DNA of 11,213 nucleotides from a virus. Taxonomy: Duplodnaviria; Heunggongvirae; Uroviricota; Caudoviricetes. Numbering within the stretch: position 1 is the first letter of the stretch; each line of letters begins with the position of its first letter. The stretch lies in IMG/VR virus record IMGVR_UViG_2711768073_000011, one strand, 5' to 3'. The translations under genes and the position numbers were made by a program. The notes beneath the pieces were generated by a model, which was given only the letters and a program-made list of their open reading frames with translations, did not search any database and had not been told where the DNA came from. Below are positions 6,420-11,213 of the stretch, piece by piece.

Positions 6420-9011
6420 ATGAGTACCACAACACGAAAATTTAAAACCGTTATCACCGATACGGGTGCAAAAAAATTAGCTCAGGCAGCCGCGCCAGAT
6501 GGTAAGCCTGTCCGCCTGACTCATATGGCCGTGGGCGACGGTGGCGGCACGTTGCCCACACCAGACAGTAAGCAGACCCGTCTGGTGCATGAGGTGTGGC
6601 GACATACTGTTAATCGCGTCATCCTGGACGCAACACATCAGAACCGCATTATTGCGGAGCTGGTTATTCCTCCTGAAACGGGCGGATTCTGGATCCGGGA
6701 AATTGGTGTATTTGATGAGCACGGCGATTTGATCGCGGTGGGCAATACTGCGGAAAGTTACAAGCCAGCCGTTGCCGAAGGATCCGGACGTGTACAAACA
6801 TTTCGCACCATTCTGACCGTATCCAGCACTGCCACCGTGGCGCTTACCGTGGATAACACCATGGTTATGGCCACAGTGGATTACGTGAATGACAAACTGA
6901 AAGAACATGAACAGTCACGACGTCACCCGGACGCCTCGCTGACCGCAAAAGGCTTTGTTCAACTCAGTAGCGCCACCAACAGCACGTCTGAAACACTGGC
7001 CGCAACGCCGAAAGCGGTAAAGGCCGCGTATGACCTTGCTAACGGGAAATATACCGCACAGGACGCCACCATAGCGCGAAAAGGCCTTGTCCAGCTCAGT
7101 AGTGCCACCAACAGCACGTCTGAAACGCTCGCCGCAACGCCGAAAGCGGTAAAGGCAGCATATGACCTTGCTAACGGGAAATACACTGCACAGGACGCCA
7201 CCACAACGCGAAAAGGCCTTGTCCAGCTCAGTAGTGCCACCAACAGTGATTCTGAAACGCTTGCGGCAACGCCAAAGGCGGTAAAGGCAGCATATGACCT
7301 TGCTAACGGGAAATACACTGCACAGGACGCCACCACAGCGCGAAAAGGTCTTGTCCAGCTCAGTAGCGCCACCAACAGCACGTCTGAAGCATTGGCCGCA
7401 ACACCGAAAGCGGTAAAGGCCGCGTATGACCTTGCTAACGGGAAATACACTGCACAGGACGCCACCACAGCGCGAAAAGGTCTTGTCCAGCTCAGTAGCG
7501 TCACCAACAGCGATTCTGAAACGCTTGCGGCAACGCCAAAGGCGGTAAAGGCCGCGTATAACCTTGCTAACGGGAAATACACTGCACAGGATGCCACTAC
7601 AGCGCGAAAAGGTCTTGTCCAGCTCAGTAGCGCCACCAACAGTGATTCTGAAACGCTGGCCGCAACATCAAAAGCGGTGAAGTCTGCCTATGACAATGCT
7701 GAAAAACGTCTTCAGAAAGATCAGAACGGTGCGGATATTCCGGGAAAGGATACCTTCACGAAAAATATCGGTGCCTGTCGTGCTTATAGCGGCGCTTTGA
7801 GCACTGAAGCCGGAAACTGGACAACCGCTCAGTTTATTGAATGGCTGGATTCCCGTGGTGCATTTAATCATCCGTACTGGATGTGCAAAGGCTCATGGTC
7901 ATATGCAAATAACAAAATCATTACGGATACCGGATGTGGTGATATCCACCTGGCTGGTTGTGTCGTCGAGGTCATGGGAACTAAATCTGCAATCACTATC
8001 CGAGTAACCACGCCGACAACATCAAGTGGTGGCGGTACAACCAGCGCACAATTCACTTACATTAATCATGGGGACGGCTACTCCCCCGGCTGGCGTCGTG
8101 ACTGGAATCGTCAGGGCGACTCAATGACCGGAACGATTAATCAGGATGGCGGAAGCCAGAATGCCTATATGTCTACGGCCTTATGTTCAGGCACCAGAGG
8201 CGGCAAAAAATATCTCAGAAAGTTTCGTGGTGGAGAAGGAGATACTATCTGGCATGAAACAGTACAGGGCGGGGTAATTCGCTGGGCGACAGGAAACTAT
8301 GACGCTCAGGAAGAATTATCACTCAGCTCCGCTTATGGTCTCCGTTCAAGAGGTGAGATTACATCACTCAGTGCTAATGGTCTGCGCATTGCTTATGGCA
8401 ATTATGGATTCTTTATCAGGAATGATGGCGGCAGCACATATTTAATGCTGACGGCCTCTGGCGATAAATTTGGGACATGGAACGGCTTAAGACCGCTGAC
8501 TATCAATAACGCCAATGGCGGAGTGTCAATGGGGCATGGCCTGAGTGTTACAGGTGATATTGTCTCAAGTACCAAAGTACGTGCCGGTAGCGGGAAAAAG
8601 TTCACGGTCAGCAGCAGCAATACATCAACGAAGGAAGCCGCATTCAATTTGTGGGGAAACGCAAGTCGTCCTGTGGTGGCTGAATTAGGTGATGATGCAG
8701 GCTGGCATTTTTACAGTCAGAGAAATACAGATAACAGCATCACTTTTGCTGTTAACGGGCAGGTATCACCATCTAACTATGGCAACTTTGATTCACGCTA
8801 TGTCCGGGATATTAGACTTGGTGGCGCGTCATCCTATAAACCAGCAAATAACGGTACAACATGGACGCATCAGGCTCCATCTGGTTGCGTATATACCGGG
8901 ATTATCGTTCAGGATACAGGCTCAAACTCTGCCGATAATATTGGTGGTGTTTATTACAGACCAATTCAAAAAAATATTAATGGTACATGGTATAACGTAT
9001 CGAGTGTTTGA
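6420..9011 (+). CDS. H: tail fibre protein (P2 gpH-like) with an internal tandem repeat array
   Basis: 863-aa ORF. The N-terminal ~170 aa (MSTTTRKFKTVITDTGAKKLAQAAAP...HMAVGDGGG...IIAELVIPPE...EHEQSRRHPDASLTAKGF) matches what I recall of the conserved gpH N-terminal domain. It is followed by six 44-aa repeats and a Gly/Asn/Ser/Thr-rich distal region. Confidence 0.9.
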   Translation: MSTTTRKFKTVITDTGAKKLAQAAAPDGKPVRLTHMAVGDGGGTLPTPDSKQTRLVHEVWRHTVNRVILDATHQNRIIAELVIPPETGGFWIREIGVFDEHGDLIAVGNTAESYKPAVAEGSGRVQTFRTILTVSSTATVALTVDNTMVMATVDYVNDKLKEHEQSRRHPDASLTAKGFVQLSSATNSTSETLAATPKAVKAAYDLANGKYTAQDATIARKGLVQLSSATNSTSETLAATPKAVKAAYDLANGKYTAQDATTTRKGLVQLSSATNSDSETLAATPKAVKAAYDLANGKYTAQDATTARKGLVQLSSATNSTSEALAATPKAVKAAYDLANGKYTAQDATTARKGLVQLSSVTNSDSETLAATPKAVKAAYNLANGKYTAQDATTARKGLVQLSSATNSDSETLAATSKAVKSAYDNAEKRLQKDQNGADIPGKDTFTKNIGACRAYSGALSTEAGNWTTAQFIEWLDSRGAFNHPYWMCKGSWSYANNKIITDTGCGDIHLAGCVVEVMGTKSAITIRVTTPTTSSGGGTTSAQFTYINHGDGYSPGWRRDWNRQGDSMTGTINQDGGSQNAYMSTALCSGTRGGKKYLRKFRGGEGDTIWHETVQGGVIRWATGNYDAQEELSLSSAYGLRSRGEITSLSANGLRIAYGNYGFFIRNDGGSTYLMLTASGDKFGTWNGLRPLTINNANGGVSMGHGLSVTGDIVSSTKVRAGSGKKFTVSSSNTSTKEAAFNLWGNASRPVVAELGDDAGWHFYSQRNTDNSITFAVNGQVSPSNYGNFDSRYVRDIRLGGASSYKPANNGTTWTHQAPSGCVYTGIIVQDTGSNSADNIGGVYYRPIQKNINGTWYNVSSV
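6948..7700 (+). repeat. six tandem in-frame 132-bp repeats (44-aa KGLVQLSSATNS[TD]SETLAATPKAVKAAYDLANGKYTAQDATTAR units) inside H
   Basis: Unit starts at 6948, 7080, 7212, 7344, 7476 and 7608; the last unit decays after about 30 codons. The units are near-identical at protein level with scattered nucleotide differences. They resemble the short repeat motif known from phage tail fibres. Confidence 0.9.
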
Positions 9012-9013
9012 TT

Positions 9014-9547
9014 ATGATGCATTTAAAAAATATAAAACCGGGCAATCCAAAAACAAAAGAACAGTACCTGTTAACTAAAAACTCCGGCGTTGTCTGGTTA
9101 TTCGCTGAAGATGGTAAAAACTGGTATGAGGAACAAAAGAACTTTCAGCCAGACACCATAAAGATTGCATATGATGAAAATAATGTCATATGCGACGTGC
9201 AAACGGATGTAACTGCAATTTGCCCGGAAGGAAAAAGTGTTGTCGAGTTGCCTAATATTACAGCAAACCGACGCGCTGATATTTCAGGTAACTGGATGTT
9301 TAAAGATGGCTCAGTCATTAAACGTGTGTATACCGAAGAAGAGCAACGCTTGCAGGCTGAAAACCAGAAACAAAGGTTATTACAGCAGGCCAGAGAAAAA
9401 ACGCAGTTCTGGCAGACCCAGCTTGCATTAGGGATTATCAGTGATTCAGATAAGCAACAACTGATGCGCTGGATGCGGTACGTGCAACAAGTTGAGACCA
9501 CTGATACCACTGAATTACCCGTTACGTTCCCTGATCAACCAGAATAA
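9014..9547 (+). CDS. G: tail fibre assembly protein / chaperone (P2 gpG / Tfa family)
   Basis: ORF directly after H; the ATG at 9014 (or 9017) lies just after the H stop at 9009-9011, and the ORF track's TTG at 9008 is less likely. About 177 aa. The position and the Q/E-rich C-terminal part (QFWQTQLALGIISDSDKQQLMRWMRYVQQVE) are typical of Tfa proteins. Confidence 0.8.
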   Translation: MMHLKNIKPGNPKTKEQYLLTKNSGVVWLFAEDGKNWYEEQKNFQPDTIKIAYDENNVICDVQTDVTAICPEGKSVVELPNITANRRADISGNWMFKDGSVIKRVYTEEEQRLQAENQKQRLLQQAREKTQFWQTQLALGIISDSDKQQLMRWMRYVQQVETTDTTELPVTFPDQPE

Positions 9548-9551
9548 ACGA

Positions 9552-9590
9552 AAGGCCCGAATATCGGGCCTTATCGTTATTTCTGTTTAT
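9552..9590 (+). terminator. rho-independent terminator after G (possibly bidirectional)
   Basis: Stem aaggcccg (9552-9559) / cgggcctt (9565-9572) with loop aatat, followed by the T-rich tract atcgttatttctgtttat. It sits in the 68-bp gap between the convergent G and U genes. Confidence 0.6.
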
Positions 9591-9615
9591 CTAACTATTT
9601 GTGATTTGCGTTAAA

Positions 9616-10110
9616 TCAGAACAGTCCCTTAACAGAACTGACCGCACTGTTAAGGGATGACGCCACCTTATCTTTGAAGCCGGACAGCATATCGCTGAAC
9701 GATGAGGATTGCAGGCGCTCCCGCAAATCCTCATCACAGCGTTCAAGGGTCAGTGAAAATTCTATCTTTTTCGCCTTACCGTAGCGATCAAACTCGGAAC
9801 GGGTCGTATTCGTTCCGGTCAGGACATACATGCCGTAAATCTGCCCGACGCCATCAATCAGAGGCCAGGGGCGTCCTGTATACGCCTGCGTGGTCAGCAG
9901 CGACAGCGACACTTCGCCACCTGTAATTTCAGGATAAAGCACACCAGAAAGAACGATGCGATCATCACCTGCACCGATATACTGCCATCTTGCTGAACGG
10001 TTAACGCGTTCATTTTTTACATGCCGCCAGCTTTTGTTTTGCTGTAACTGCTGATGCGGCAATGTGCGCAGCTCAAAAACAAACATGCCGTAGATCATCA
10101 TCATGGCCAT
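9616..10110 (-). CDS. U: tail protein U (P2 gpU-like)
   Basis: 164-aa ORF on the - strand (MAMMMIYGMFVFELRTLPHQQ...GVLYPEITGG...WPLIDGVGQIYGMYV...KIEFSLTLERCDE). Motifs and size match my recollection of gpU, and it lies immediately after the tape measure gene on the same strand. Confidence 0.8.
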   Translation of the reverse strand: MAMMMIYGMFVFELRTLPHQQLQQNKSWRHVKNERVNRSARWQYIGAGDDRIVLSGVLYPEITGGEVSLSLLTTQAYTGRPWPLIDGVGQIYGMYVLTGTNTTRSEFDRYGKAKKIEFSLTLERCDEDLRERLQSSSFSDMLSGFKDKVASSLNSAVSSVKGLF

Positions 10111-10116
10111 GACTCC

Positions 10117-11213
10117 TCAATCTTTATCGTAAAAACTGCCACGCCCGGCACGGGTACGCCGATCCAGTTCTGCCCTGACCATTTCACCGACCAGTTTCGC
10201 CAGTTCGCGGGGATTCTGCGTAACAACGTTATGCAGATGAACATGAATTTCACCGCAAAATCCGGAGACAGCAGGCTCCCGGTTACGGGAAGTTGCAGGA
10301 ACTGATGCCACTGGCGATCGTATGGCCTCCGCCACCGGGCGGGAGCTGGCCGCAACAACAGGGACCAGCGCCGGAGGCAGCGGAGCCGGGACCACAGGTG
10401 TGATGTTGATTGCGGAAGCAGGCTTACTGACCTGCGCAATCTTCCGCTCCTGCCACTCCCCACGAACAGCAAGTGCGCGGGGCAGGTTCTTAAAGACAAT
10501 ATCGCCAGGGCCAATGCGTTTTTTCGTCTCATCAACCAGCTTACCTGTGTTATCAGCAATTTTGCTGAGTCTGCGTAGCGTCCCGGTATTGCTGTCTGTG
10601 AGCGGTTTGTTGTCTTTGGGTTTATCACCTCCGGTGCCATTGCCATTTTCCACAGGCTTCGGCGGATTGATTTTCGCAAGGTCCCCCTGAAGCAAGGCAA
10701 CCTTGTCCTGAAGAATGGCCGCACGCTGTGCGTCTTCGATTTTCTTGCGCGCCTTTTCCGCTTCATCCGGAAGGACGCCAAGTTTTTCAAGTATCCACGC
10801 CAGCGTATCCAGTAGCATTTTTGCAGGTGTCAGAACAAGTTGTAACGCACCGCCAAGAACGTTACCGAATATCTCGCCAGCACTGGTACATTTATCCAGC
10901 GTTTCCTTGCTGGACTCCATCGGTGACAGCAGCGATTTAAACCAGTTAAACACCTGGCTGATCCCGCTTCCGATTGCGTCAAAAACAGGACCAAACCGTT
11001 CAAAGGTTTCGCGCAACGGGGTCAGCCTTTCCATAATCCCGCTGAACACCCCGACAAAAAATGCCCTGATGGGATCCCAGTATTTCCAGATAAGAACGGC
11101 AGCTCCGGCAAGCGCAGCCACGATAAGACCAACCGGACTGATCAGCGCCCCGATAGCGCCTCCCAGTAAAGAAACGGAACCCGTCACCATTCCCCATAGT
11201 GCTGGCAGGACCC
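10117..11213 (-). CDS. T: tail tape measure protein (P2 gpT-like), C-terminal part; 5' end outside the window
   Basis: The - strand reading frame is open to the window edge; the ORF track's Met at 11190 is internal. It contains a hydrophobic stretch (GAIGALISPVGLIVAALAGAAVLIW) and charged, probably coiled regions typical of tape measure proteins, and lies directly upstream of U. Confidence 0.75.
   Translation of the reverse strand, partial: VLPALWGMVTGSVSLLGGAIGALISPVGLIVAALAGAAVLIWKYWDPIRAFFVGVFSGIMERLTPLRETFERFGPVFDAIGSGISQVFNWFKSLLSPMESSKETLDKCTSAGEIFGNVLGGALQLVLTPAKMLLDTLAWILEKLGVLPDEAEKARKKIEDAQRAAILQDKVALLQGDLAKINPPKPVENGNGTGGDKPKDNKPLTDSNTGTLRRLSKIADNTGKLVDETKKRIGPGDIVFKNLPRALAVRGEWQERKIAQVSKPASAINITPVVPAPLPPALVPVVAASSRPVAEAIRSPVASVPATSRNREPAVSGFCGEIHVHLHNVVTQNPRELAKLVGEMVRAELDRRTRAGRGSFYDKD

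Noticed and set aside
5911-6435. ORFs 5911-6435 (-) and 6024-6338 (-) inside I
   Set aside because: They are antisense to the well-placed I gene, which is translationally coupled to J and followed closely by H, and have no supporting features.
6959-7639. 226-aa ORF on the - strand with its own internal repeats
   Set aside because: It is the antisense shadow of the tandem repeat array inside H. The repeat keeps the opposite strand open by chance, and the + strand frame is continuous with the conserved tail fibre N-terminus.
6948-7700. Possible CRISPR array, suggested by regular near-identical repeats
   Set aside because: The 132-bp units are contiguous with no spacers, are in frame within a protein-coding gene and encode a conserved peptide. 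This is a coding tandem repeat.
9548-9615. Accessory or defence cargo at the position after G, where P2-like prophages often carry variable genes
   Set aside because: Only 68 bp separate G from U and they contain just a terminator hairpin; there is no room for a gene.
10101-10790. 229-aa ORF on the - strand in another frame within the tape measure gene
   Set aside because: It overlaps the tape measure reading frame entirely and is Arg/Ser-rich, typical of an off-frame read through GC-rich coding sequence. The tape measure frame has the expected hydrophobic and coiled features and gene context.

Overview
This window is the late (lysis, tail completion, baseplate, tail fibre) region of a P2-like myovirus prophage, read from protein sequence, gene order and start/stop overlaps; no database search was possible. 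On the + strand the order is: holin 3' end, M15-type endolysin, Rz/Rz1-type spanin pair (Rz1 embedded out of frame in Rz), then R, S, V, W, J, I, a long tail fibre H and its assembly protein G. After a 68-bp gap with a terminator-like hairpin, U and the 3' part of the tape measure gene T lie on the - strand, converging on G. Two N runs (2546-2556, 4010-4019) sit exactly at the junctions of a triplicated S-V-W-J segment. Copies 1 and 3 look identical where they overlap, while the middle copy differs by roughly 1-1.5% including amino-acid changes. This most likely reflects a scaffolding artefact that spliced in a contig from a second, closely related prophage or strain variant, not a real amplification. 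The tail fibre gene has six tandem 132-bp (44-aa) repeats followed by a visibly AT-richer distal region that continues into G, suggesting an exchanged receptor-binding cassette. I found no rRNA, tRNA, CRISPR array, integrase or transposase, and no accessory or defence cargo: essentially every base is covered by canonical phage structural or lysis genes. I therefore do not see an undescribed system here; the noteworthy points are the assembly structure, tail fibre modularity and the unusual convergent G/U junction.
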